Source: Candidatus Bathyarchaeia archaeon
Lineage (GTDB): Archaea; Thermoproteota; Bathyarchaeia; Bathyarchaeales; Bathycorpusculaceae
Reading direction: 5' to 3'
Assembly: GCA_049970895.1 (NCBI GenBank)
Contig: JBMFMB010000002.1
Span: 1 to 64,000 of the forward strand
Length of the DNA: 64,000 nucleotides
Positions 29,015-37,694 of this stretch are shown piece after piece. The stretch's first letter is position 1. The number at the start of each line of letters is the position of its first letter. Under the pieces are notes generated by a model. It ran no database searches and was not told the DNA's origin. It worked only from the letters and a program-made list of their open reading frames with translations. The translations under genes were made by a program, and so were the position numbers.

Positions 29015-31388
29015 TGCCGCTTAAGGTGTGCTTCCACCAAGCCAACAACTCACTTATGGACGCATCCACAACAACATTCCCATCCAAGCCATAAACACAA
29101 AGTTTTGGCGTAGCTGTAACTTTTCCAATTCTTGCAAAAGTGCATCCCCGCATAACAGCCTCAAAGTCCCTTTCGCATTTTTCCGGGACCTCCACGAGAA
29201 AGCGGCTATTAGATTCTGCGAAGAGAATGAAGTCGTTTCTTTTCAAGCCTTTTGTTGGGACAAGCCGCAAATCCAGTTCCATGCCATAGCCGCCGGAAAA
29301 AGCCATCTCCGCCGCCGCAACAGCCAATCCCCCTTCCGACAAGTCGTGGCAAGCATTAACCAAGCCATGGTCGATAGCCCTACCTATCGCCTTAAACGTT
29401 TTTCTGGCTTGGCTGACCCGCACCTTAGGCACAGTTTTCCCAGCAAAACCCAACAGCCTATAATATTCTGAGCCGCCAAGCTCATGGTAGGTTTTGCCAA
29501 CAATGTAGATGGAGCTGCCAGGCTCCTTAACATCCGACGAAACCACAACACGGATGTCTGGAATTATCCCAACAGCCGTTATCAGTAGCGTCGGCGTTAC
29601 AGGACCAAGGGGCGACTCATTGTATAGGCTGTCCTTACCAGAAATGAAAGGCGTCCCAAAGGCTTTAGCAAAATCATAGCAAGCCTCACAAGCCCTTACA
29701 AGACTTCCAAGCCTATCTGGTTTTTCAGGATTACCCCACGTAAAATTGTCAAGGAGCGCTATTCTTCTTCCGCCGACAGCCACATTGTTCCTTAATGCCT
29801 CATCTATGGCTGAAGCCGCCATCCAGTATGGGTCAATCTTCCCATATTGCGGGTTTATGCCACAGGAAATCACCAGACCACGCCACGAATCTTTTAGAGG
29901 CTTTAGGACTGCCGCATCATTTGGGCCGCCAAACTCCCCATGCAAGGGCTTTAGAACTGTGTTCCCCTTAACCTCATGGTCGTAAGTTCTGATGACGCTC
30001 TCCTTGCTGGCAATGTTCGGCGAAGAAAGCAGCCTCAAAACAGTGCTGGTCAAGTCTTTTGGTTCTGGTAAGGCTGGTTCCGTAAAAGCTGGTGGCTTAT
30101 ACTCGGCAACCCTAACTGTTCGGGGCGGTTCGAAAAGGAATGAGATGTCCAGCTCAGCAACCTTTACTCCGCCATAATAAATGCGCAAAATCTTGTCATC
30201 AGTATACCGCCCAATAGCAGTGGCTTCAACATCCTCCCCCTCAAAAACCTCCAAAACCCGCGTAAGGTTTTCTGGCGGAACAGCTAAGAGCATCCTCTCT
30301 TGAGACTCGGAAATGTAAATTTCCCAAGGAGCCAAGCCCGGATATTTCAGCGGCACCTTTTCAAGCTCCACAACAGCACCGCAGCCAAAACGTTTGGCGG
30401 TTTCGCCAACAGCGGAGGATAAGCCGCCCCCACCAAGGTCTGTTATGGCTGAAGCTAACTCCAAATTCCTTATGGCGATTATTGCCCTCTTAAGCTTCTC
30501 CTCCTCAATGGGATTCGCAATTTGAACAGCTGGTCTGGAAACCTCCTCAGACTTTTCCGTTAACTCCGCAGAAGCAAAAGTAACCCCGTGGATGCCGTCT
30601 CTTCCAGTTTTTCCTCCAGCCAAAACAATAAAGTCGCCTGGTTTCGCGTTTCTCCTAAACTTTTTTAGTGGCAGAAGCCCGACGCATCCACAATAGACAA
30701 CCACGTTGCCTATATAGCTCTCATCAAAGCATATGGCGCCATTAACCGTCGGTATCCCCATGTTATTGCCATAACTCCCAATACCAGCGACAACGCCCAA
30801 ATACACGTATTTTGGATGCTTAACCCCAGGCGGAAGCCTCTCATAAGGATAATCCAAAGGACCGAAGCCCAAAACATCCATACACGCAATCGGATCAGCC
30901 CAAACCCCCAAAATATCGCGTATGACGCCACCTACACCAGTGGCTGCACCGCCAAAAGGCTCTATAGCTGAGGGGTGATTATGAGTTTCAACCTTCACGG
31001 CTATACCATAACCATTTTCAAAGCGTATTATACCCGCATTATCTTCAAAAACAGAAAAGCACCAGCGGGGATTAAGCTCCCTTGTAACTCTTGCAATATA
31101 AGTTTTGAAGAGGCTGTCAATCTCTTTCCCATCAAACTTTACTATGCCTTTAAAGGTTTTGTGAAAACAGTGCTCAGACCAAGTCTGCCCAAGGGTTTGG
31201 AGTTCAACATCTGTTGGATTTCTACCCTTCTCCTTAAAGTATTTTTGAACAGCCTGCATCTCTTCAAGGTTTAAACCCAAACCAAGCTCACGGCTAACAT
31301 CCAACAACTGCTGGTCAGAGGCATAAGCCAAAGCCACTTCAAAAAGTGGGAAGGGTGTCTCCCTGCGAATGTAGAGGTTTCCGCTCAT
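28995..31388 (-). CDS. purL: FGAM synthase synthetase subunit
   Basis: QTWSEHCFHK, KVETHNHPS..PFGGAATGVGG, GRDGIHG, SESQERM, NFTWGNP, ISGKDSLYN, HDLSEGG. Confidence 0.97.
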   Translation of the reverse strand: MSGNLYIRRETPFPLFEVALAYASDQQLLDVSRELGLGLNLEEMQAVQKYFKEKGRNPTDVELQTLGQTWSEHCFHKTFKGIVKFDGKEIDSLFKTYIARVTRELNPRWCFSVFEDNAGIIRFENGYGIAVKVETHNHPSAIEPFGGAATGVGGVIRDILGVWADPIACMDVLGFGPLDYPYERLPPGVKHPKYVYLGVVAGIGSYGNNMGIPTVNGAICFDESYIGNVVVYCGCVGLLPLKKFRRNAKPGDFIVLAGGKTGRDGIHGVTFASAELTEKSEEVSRPAVQIANPIEEEKLKRAIIAIRNLELASAITDLGGGGLSSAVGETAKRFGCGAVVELEKVPLKYPGLAPWEIYISESQERMLLAVPPENLTRVLEVFEGEDVEATAIGRYTDDKILRIYYGGVKVAELDISFLFEPPRTVRVAEYKPPAFTEPALPEPKDLTSTVLRLLSSPNIASKESVIRTYDHEVKGNTVLKPLHGEFGGPNDAAVLKPLKDSWRGLVISCGINPQYGKIDPYWMAASAIDEALRNNVAVGGRRIALLDNFTWGNPEKPDRLGSLVRACEACYDFAKAFGTPFISGKDSLYNESPLGPVTPTLLITAVGIIPDIRVVVSSDVKEPGSSIYIVGKTYHELGGSEYYRLLGFAGKTVPKVRVSQARKTFKAIGRAIDHGLVNACHDLSEGGLAVAAAEMAFSGGYGMELDLRLVPTKGLKRNDFILFAESNSRFLVEVPEKCERDFEAVMRGCTFARIGKVTATPKLCVYGLDGNVVVDASISELLAWWKHTLSGSGSGEA

Positions 31389-31636
31389 CTTTCCTCCTCA
31401 ACCATTATGGTGTAATTGTCCTTTGTGGGGTTAGCCAAAAGCCTCTTACACATCTCCTCAGCCTTAGCCAAGGCTTCATCCCTAGAATCGGCTAAAACAA
31501 TAACGCTGTAAACCTTGCTAACGCCAACCCTTTCAACTCTATAGCCAAGCTCCTTAAGCAAACGGGCTGTGGTTTCGCCTTCTGGGTCGCTGTGCCCCGG
31601 TTTCAAGCCAACCTCAATTTTAAGACGATACCTCAT
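31385..31636 (-). CDS. purS: FGAM synthase PurS subunit
   Basis: LKPGHSDPEG, MCKRLLANP, located between purM and purL. Confidence 0.92.
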   Translation of the reverse strand: MRYRLKIEVGLKPGHSDPEGETTARLLKELGYRVERVGVSKVYSVIVLADSRDEALAKAEEMCKRLLANPTKDNYTIMVEEER

Positions 31637-31691
31637 AGGCTAAATTAAACCCAAAGCCGATTTAAACACTTTCACCACAGAAAAGGCAAAC

Positions 31692-32789
31692 TTACCTTTT
31701 TAAAACAATTCTCCTACCCTTATAAAAGATTCGGATTCCACGAGTACCCGTAACACGCCCAATCGCTTCGGCGTGCACCCCAGACCTTTCCAAAACGTCA
31801 ACAGCCTTATCCACCTCTTGTTTTTCAACCACTATTGCAAAACCCCAACCCATATTAAAAGTCTTAAACATCTCCTCATCTGATATTTTGCCGCCAAGCT
31901 CGGAAGCAGCCCTCTGAATGACTTCAAAAATGGGCTGAGGCTTAAAATTGTCAAACTCAAAGCCTATACCCTTCGAGAAAAGCGTCAAACGGTCAAATTT
32001 TAAGTAGGCATCACCAGTAATATGCACAGCGGCCTTAACCCTAACCTCGTCTGCAACCCGCAGAAAAGGCTTAACATAAATTTTAGTGGGCTCTAAAACC
32101 TCATAAACCAATTCCCTTTCAAGAGGCTCAACAACGTCAAACTGGTCGTATCTACCACCCCAACACTTAAACAAAACCTTACGCGCCAAAGTCACACCAT
32201 TGCTGTGGATTCCAGAACTCCGCAGGCCAACAACAACATCGCCGGGCTTCAAATTCCTCCCATAAATAACCTTGTCTTTAGAAACTTCGCCAACAGAGGC
32301 AAAAACCATGTCAAAACCCTTCCCCTCCGCCAAACCCCTAATCAACTCGGCAACATCACCAATCTCACCGCCCGGAACAACACATTCAGCCTCCACGGCA
32401 CCTTTCACTATACCCTTCATCCACTCCCTAACCAAAACCGGATCAGAAACCTGAGCGTGAATATTATCCACAACAGCCAAAGGCCTAGCCCCGGAACGAA
32501 TAACATCATTAACAGCCATAGCCACACCATCAACACCAATAGTATCATATTTGTCGGCCAACTGAGCCACCAAAACCTTAGTGCCAACCCCCTCCACCAC
32601 AAGATCCAAAAAATAGCCATCACGAAAAGGAAAAATCACACCATAAGGAAGCCGCACAACCCCACCATAACGACTAAAACCATAAGTCCTCCGCAAAAGA
32701 CGCAAAGCACCTTTCGCCCTCGTCCTCAACCCCCTATCAACACCGGCACCAGCATAAGTAAAATCCCTACGCAACAATAATCCTCCCAA
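31692..32789 (-). CDS. purM: Phosphoribosylformylglycinamidine cyclo-ligase (AIR synthetase)
   Basis: YAGAGVD, EGVGTK, AMAVND, GGE, SSGIHSNG, EPTKIY, HITG, TFNMGWG. Confidence 0.95.
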   Translation of the reverse strand: MGGLLLRRDFTYAGAGVDRGLRTRAKGALRLLRRTYGFSRYGGVVRLPYGVIFPFRDGYFLDLVVEGVGTKVLVAQLADKYDTIGVDGVAMAVNDVIRSGARPLAVVDNIHAQVSDPVLVREWMKGIVKGAVEAECVVPGGEIGDVAELIRGLAEGKGFDMVFASVGEVSKDKVIYGRNLKPGDVVVGLRSSGIHSNGVTLARKVLFKCWGGRYDQFDVVEPLERELVYEVLEPTKIYVKPFLRVADEVRVKAAVHITGDAYLKFDRLTLFSKGIGFEFDNFKPQPIFEVIQRAASELGGKISDEEMFKTFNMGWGFAIVVEKQEVDKAVDVLERSGVHAEAIGRVTGTRGIRIFYKGRRIVLKR

Positions 32790-32940
32790 ACAGCCAACCT
32801 ATCATAAGAAAATCCCTTTTAAAAGTGTTCACTCAAAGACATCTGCAAACAACGCTAACTTGCGCTCTGTTTCAGCGAAGGTTTTAATACATGTTTAATT
32901 TACAAACCAAAATGGCAGAAAGATTCAGATACATTTTATT

Positions 32941-33016
32941 GCGGCCGTAGTCTAGCCTGGCAGGACTTCGGCCTCCCGAGCCGGCGACCCGGGTTCAAAT
33001 CCCGGCGGCCGCACCA
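32941..33016 (+). tRNA. tRNA-Gly (anticodon CCC), intronless, CCA encoded
   Basis: Acceptor GCGGCCG/CGGCCGC-A-CCA; anticodon arm TCGGC-CTCCCGA-GCCGG; T arm CCGGG-TTCAAAT-CCCGG. Confidence 0.95.
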
Positions 33017-33140
33017 CCGTTTACTAAATTTTATTTTGCAGCTGAAATTGGAATGGCAAACGTTAAAATGGTTTGCATGTTTCAACATATTAGACGGTTA
33101 AGTTGCTTTGAAATGTGCGTGAAGTTTGTGGTGTTTGGAT

Positions 33141-34019
33141 TTGCACTTGCCAGTTATGAAGAATGAGGTTATTCGTTTTCTTGCTCCAAAGTTGGGTGAG
33201 GATTTTGTTGATTGCACCGTGGGTTTAGGTGGTCATGCTTTGGCGATTTTGGATCGGACGAGGCCTTCTGGTAGGGTTTTGGGGATAGACGCCGACCCAA
33301 CAATCTTGGAGAGGCTCAAGCGCAAACTGGAGGGTACAGATTATGAGGAGCGTTTAGTTCTTGTATGCGATAACTTTGCAAACTTGGGCGAGATAGTTAA
33401 GAAATACTCCTTTAGAAGTGTTTCTGGAGTTTTGTTTGATTTGGGTTTGTCCAGTTGGCACTTAGAGGAAAGTGGTCGTGGATTTTCTTTTCTCCGAAAT
33501 GAGCCGCTGGATATGCGGTACAGTCCGGAGAGTCCGCTGACAGCCGAGGCCATAGTGAACTTTTGGAGTTTGAAAGACCTTTGGAGGATTCTGAGGGTTT
33601 ATGGGCAGGAAAGGTTTTCGAGGAGAATTGCCGAGGAAATTGTGCGGTCCAGACCTTTGAGGACGACTGTGGATTTGGTTATGGCTGTTGAGAGGGCGAC
33701 GCCTTCATGGTATCATAGGGGGAGAATCCATTTTGCAACAAAAACCTTTCAGGCTTTGAGAATAGCCGTGAACAATGAGTTGGAGAATTTGGAGAGGGCC
33801 CTGCCTCAAGCCCTCGACATAATGGGTAATGGTGGCAGACTTGTGGTTATAGCTTTCCATTCTTTGGAAGACCGCATTGTTAAGAATTTTCTGAGGGAAA
33901 AGGCCAAGGAAGGTGTTGTTAAAATTTTGACGAAAAAGCCTGTCCGACCATCTAAGGCTGAGGTTGCGGAGAATCCTAGGGCTAGGTCGGCAAGGCTTAG
34001 GGCTGCATTGAAGGTTTGA
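33141..34019 (+). CDS. rsmH: 16S rRNA m4C1402 methyltransferase (RsmH/MraW), bacterial type
   Basis: HLPVM, DCTVGLGGH, FDLGLSS, RGFSF...PLDMR, ATKTFQALRIAVNNEL, FHSLEDRIVK, NPRARSARLR; start set at TTG 33141 (ORF track begins at 33126). Confidence 0.95.
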   Translation: MHLPVMKNEVIRFLAPKLGEDFVDCTVGLGGHALAILDRTRPSGRVLGIDADPTILERLKRKLEGTDYEERLVLVCDNFANLGEIVKKYSFRSVSGVLFDLGLSSWHLEESGRGFSFLRNEPLDMRYSPESPLTAEAIVNFWSLKDLWRILRVYGQERFSRRIAEEIVRSRPLRTTVDLVMAVERATPSWYHRGRIHFATKTFQALRIAVNNELENLERALPQALDIMGNGGRLVVIAFHSLEDRIVKNFLREKAKEGVVKILTKKPVRPSKAEVAENPRARSARLRAALKV

Positions 34020-34035
34020 GCCTTTTAAGGTTGCA

Positions 34036-34452
34036 CTATGGTGGTTTTATGGCTTTCAGTGTTGGTTCAAGTTCTTTAATTCTTTTGAGGATTATGTCTG
34101 AGTGGATGGTTATCCATGGGCTTGGGTTTTTAATTTTGCATATGCATATGGTTTTCTTACCCCTCATTTTTGCGTAGAACAGCTCCATGCATGTTCCAGC
34201 GGAAAGTTTAGGCATGTAGGCGATTAGGATGTCGCATTTCTCTATGTCTTCTAAATCCCTTTTAATGAAGTCTGCTGCTGGCACTTTCTCCCACCAACCA
34301 TGTTCTTTGCTTCTATAGATTATTTTTTCGCGTTGCCACGGGTCGATGGGCTCGTATCCGCAGCGGATGCAGATGCGCCTAATTGTCTCTCTATAAGACT
34401 GCCTTTTCTCCATTCCCTGTATTGGACCTGAAATGAAGACTTTACACCTCAT
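34036..34452 (-). CDS. Nucleoside 2-deoxyribosyltransferase / nucleotide N-hydrolase-like protein
   Basis: VFISGPI, RDLEDIEKCDILIA, SAGTCMELFYA. Confidence 0.75.
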   Translation of the reverse strand: MRCKVFISGPIQGMEKRQSYRETIRRICIRCGYEPIDPWQREKIIYRSKEHGWWEKVPAADFIKRDLEDIEKCDILIAYMPKLSAGTCMELFYAKMRGKKTICICKIKNPSPWITIHSDIILKRIKELEPTLKAIKPP

Positions 34453-34529
34453 AGTGTGGCACTTTTCGTGTTTTATGGAAAGGATTAAGTGTTGGGTGTA
34501 TATTTTGGTTTTCTAAAACTTGGAAAGGG

Positions 34530-35813
34530 ATGCTTGGTTTGGGATTGCTTGATCCTTTGACGGCTGTGGTGATTTCCTTCTGCTTTCTCGGAGTTTTGCT
34601 TTATAGACGTGTTAATTTGGGGATAACGCTAACCGCCACAGCTGTTCTTTTGGCTTTGCTTTCACTGGATTGGCGGAGTATCCCGGGCATAGCCTATGCA
34701 ACTGTTGACCCTTTGAAAAGTGAGGGGCTTCTTGCTATATCGGTTATTCTCGCAACTTTTGGCATAATGTGGCTTAGCCAACTCTACAAAGAGACTGGGG
34801 AAATCGCCAAACTGAGCGATAGCCTAAGCCGAATCATTAAAAATCCAAAAATTGTTCTAAGCGTGCTTCCAGCCGTGATAGGTTTCCTTCCAGTGGCTGG
34901 CGGAGCCTTAATGTCAGCTCCCATAGTGGATTCTGAGGCTGAAAAGTTGAAATTAAAGCCTGAAAGGAAGGCTTATGTGAATTTGTGGTTTAGACACACG
35001 ATTTTCCCGGTTTATCCACTAAGCCAACCGCTTATAGTGACAGCGGCCTTAACAGGAATAGCTATATTCTCAATTATTTTACTTCAGATTCCAACAGTTA
35101 TCGTAATGGTTGCTGTTGGCTTTTTGGTTGGCTTCTGGAAAATTCCAAGCGTAAAAAGTGGAGAAGATTCTGAAACAGCAAGAAGTAATGCCACCTTAGA
35201 GCTTAAACGTTTTCTCAAATCTTTCTCTCCTATACTGGTGACCATTGTTGTGGCTGTTTTTATTGATGCGCTGAGCTATGGCTTGTCCAGGCTGGGTTTT
35301 GATGTTTTAATCGCAACTTTTGCTGGCTTAGTGGCTTTAGTCATAATTTCAAGAATGAGCCGCAATTTTCTTGTGAAACCAATTAAGGAATGGGGAATTT
35401 ACGGTGTGACGCTCGCCGTTTACGGAGCCTTTCTCCTTCGAAAAGTGATTGATGCTTCTGGGTTTTCCGAGGTTTTCAAGCAGTTTGTTGCCAGCGGAAA
35501 TGTTGATGTTGCTTTGCCGTTGATTGTTATACCCTCAGTTTTGGGTTTTTTGACCGGTTCCCCGCTCGGAGCAATAGCCATAAGCGTACCCGTTTTGAAA
35601 GCAGAAGTTCTAACTTTTTCGCCAAAGACCGCCGCGCTTCTATATATTAGTGCCTACCTTGGATATACTATTGCACCCACACACCTTTGTTTCACGTTTA
35701 CCGCTGACTATTTCAAAAGTCCATTGGGCAAAGTTTACAAGTACGTGATTCCCTCTTTTATAGTTACTTTTGCGACAGCAGTACTAGTTTATTTCCTACC
35801 TTTTCCCATCTAA
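34530..35813 (+). CDS. DUF401 family multi-pass membrane protein (putative transporter)
   Basis: Many TM helices; PAVIGFLPVAGGALMSAP, NLWFRH, PTHLC..TADYF. Confidence 0.8.
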   Translation: MLGLGLLDPLTAVVISFCFLGVLLYRRVNLGITLTATAVLLALLSLDWRSIPGIAYATVDPLKSEGLLAISVILATFGIMWLSQLYKETGEIAKLSDSLSRIIKNPKIVLSVLPAVIGFLPVAGGALMSAPIVDSEAEKLKLKPERKAYVNLWFRHTIFPVYPLSQPLIVTAALTGIAIFSIILLQIPTVIVMVAVGFLVGFWKIPSVKSGEDSETARSNATLELKRFLKSFSPILVTIVVAVFIDALSYGLSRLGFDVLIATFAGLVALVIISRMSRNFLVKPIKEWGIYGVTLAVYGAFLLRKVIDASGFSEVFKQFVASGNVDVALPLIVIPSVLGFLTGSPLGAIAISVPVLKAEVLTFSPKTAALLYISAYLGYTIAPTHLCFTFTADYFKSPLGKVYKYVIPSFIVTFATAVLVYFLPFPI

Positions 35814-35852
35814 AATGCTTAAAAGTTTGCAGTGTTTTAAGCGTAAATAGGG

Positions 35853-36131
35853 GTGGAAATGGTTTTAGCACTTGGTGGTGAAACACTTTACGAGCTGGGC
35901 ATAATCATAATCTTAGTAGGCGTCATAATAGTCTTCGCGGCTTTTGTACTGCTTTTTCTTTCAAGTATAAAGGGCGGAAAAGCGCGGGGTGGTGGAGCAT
36001 TAATTATTGGACCCTTTCCAATAGTTTTTGGCAGCGATAAAGAATCCGTCAAGACCATTTTGTGGCTTTCGATAGCGCTCACCCTGCTTCTTTTTGTAGT
36101 TTTCATTGTGCTTTATCTGTTGGGTGGGTGA
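35853..36131 (+). CDS. DUF131 (TIGR00304) small membrane protein
   Basis: TM - GGGALIIGPFPIVFGSD - TM. Confidence 0.8.
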   Translation: MEMVLALGGETLYELGIIIILVGVIIVFAAFVLLFLSSIKGGKARGGGALIIGPFPIVFGSDKESVKTILWLSIALTLLLFVVFIVLYLLGG

Positions 36132-36137
36132 AAACGG

Positions 36138-36413
36138 ATGGTGTCTGAAAAAGAAGAAGACGAACGGATTAAACGCTACATAATGTTATTTTTCATAGGC
36201 TTTTTCATAATCTTGGTGGGCGTTATAATAACGGTGGCCGCCGCACTACTATTTGGCGAAGGCACCGCAAGCCTCGGAGGCTTCATACTTATTGGGCCAT
36301 TTCCAATAGTTTTTGGCGCTGGACCAGGAGCCACATGGCTTGCCTTATTCGCCATAATCCTTGGTATTTTAAGCCTTACACTACTCCTCATATTGTGGCG
36401 TAGGAAAAGTTGA
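36138..36413 (+). CDS. DUF131 small membrane protein, tandem paralog
   Basis: TM - GGFILIGPFPIVFGAG - TM. Confidence 0.78.
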   Translation: MVSEKEEDERIKRYIMLFFIGFFIILVGVIITVAAALLFGEGTASLGGFILIGPFPIVFGAGPGATWLALFAIILGILSLTLLLILWRRKS

Positions 36414-36432
36414 GAAGGGGCTACCGAGGGGT

Positions 36433-36549
36433 TCAGCTTTCCTTCTCTTCCCTACCATAGAATATGTATAGGAATATTAGGACTAGGACGACAAAAGTTG
36501 CCGTCATTAATACGTATTTGAGGGTTTCAAAGTATGCTCCAATATCCAC
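36433..36549 (-). CDS. 38-aa single-pass membrane microprotein (not in ORF track)
   Basis: GTG start after GGGGA: MDIGAYFETLKYVLMTATFVVLVLIFLYIFYGREEKES*. Confidence 0.6.
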   Translation of the reverse strand: MDIGAYFETLKYVLMTATFVVLVLIFLYIFYGREEKES

Positions 36550-36595
36550 GTGAAATCCCCTTTTCTACGCCTCTTCTAATTCTAATTTGTGGTAT

Positions 36596-37006
36596 TTAAG
36601 GAGTTGGTTTTCTCCATTCCCTCATCAATAGTTCGTATAGTTCGTCGTGCTCCTCTATCTTCTCGTACCATTCTAGAATGTTAGCTATTTTCTGAGCTAT
36701 CAAGTGGTAGCATAGGTGAATTTTTCTGTCTAGCACTCGGAAGTAGAAGTCGTCGCATGTGCAGAACTCCGCATCTGGCATTATTAGGTAGTCGCGTTCT
36801 TTGCCAACAACCACCCAGACAACCCTACCGCTTGGCTTGAAAGTGTACTTTTTCACCCTGTTCTCCTTTAAGGCTTCAAAAGCCTTTGTAAAACGCTGCC
36901 CAAAAACCTCATAAAGCCTAGTAAGGTTTTTGCCAGTCAGTTTGCCCTCTGCCTTAACCTCTTTACATATGGCATTTAGAATATCACTTTCGGAGGCCTC
37001 GCTCAT
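36596..37006 (-). CDS. SWIM zinc-finger protein
   Basis: WVVVG..RDYLI, FCTCDDF...CYHLIA. Confidence 0.85.
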   Translation of the reverse strand: MSEASESDILNAICKEVKAEGKLTGKNLTRLYEVFGQRFTKAFEALKENRVKKYTFKPSGRVVWVVVGKERDYLIMPDAEFCTCDDFYFRVLDRKIHLCYHLIAQKIANILEWYEKIEEHDELYELLMREWRKPTP

Positions 37007-37049
37007 AGAAGCACAGGCTTGAAATCCTATTGTAGTGTTTGCTAGCTTT

Positions 37050-37646
37050 TTATTCGATTTTTATTGGCTCGCCTTTGGGCTTCTTTTCTTCCTTTATCTT
37101 TGGAAGCTTAACCTCTAGAACCCCGTTTTTGTATTGAGTTTTGGCTTCTTTTATATTGACTTTGGCTGGGAGTGTCAACTCCTTGTAGTATTTCCGCTGG
37201 GGAGTGTCAACGCTTATGGTTAGTGTATCTTCCGTGCCGTGAAGCTTGATATCCTCCTTCTCAACGCCTGGAAGCTCAGCCACAACATGAATTTCATTAT
37301 CTGTCTCAACAATGTCCACCAGTGGTTCACGTTCCTCCTTAACTTTCGGTCCAAGACGGGTTGGTTTAACATTTCCAAACTCACGGATCTCAGGCTTGCC
37401 ATCCGGCCCAATCTTTATACTATAGCCATAGACGAAGGGTCCCCACTCCCTTATTGTTGTACCATCTGGTAATTTGCGTTCCCTAACATAGTCTCTCGGA
37501 ATCCTCGATGTAAACTCTTTAAATTCTTCCTCCATCCACCTTTCCATTTCACGGAACACGCGATCAACGTCCTCGAAGAACCAGCCTCCGAAGAATGGGA
37601 AGCGTCTCCTCCTAAACCATTCTGGAAAATCCTCTTCAGAAGGCAT
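37050..37646 (-). CDS. hsp20: Archaeal small heat-shock protein Hsp20
   Basis: GPFVYGYS..IGPDGKPEIREFGN, REPLVD, AELPGVEKEDI, YKNGVLEV. Confidence 0.94.
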   Translation of the reverse strand: MPSEEDFPEWFRRRRFPFFGGWFFEDVDRVFREMERWMEEEFKEFTSRIPRDYVRERKLPDGTTIREWGPFVYGYSIKIGPDGKPEIREFGNVKPTRLGPKVKEEREPLVDIVETDNEIHVVAELPGVEKEDIKLHGTEDTLTISVDTPQRKYYKELTLPAKVNIKEAKTQYKNGVLEVKLPKIKEEKKPKGEPIKIE

Positions 37647-37694
37647 TTTCCCACCTAGTTAGTGTGGAAAACTTCAATCTATAAAATCTTTGCG

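Noticed and set aside
32205-32780. 191-aa plus-strand ORF rich in N, T, H, Q and P
   Set aside because: Antisense shadow of purM caused by the extreme local base skew.
32941-37000. Integrated mobile element at tRNA-Gly
   Set aside because: No integrase, and I saw no repeat of the tRNA 3' end downstream in the window; only rsmH looks foreign.
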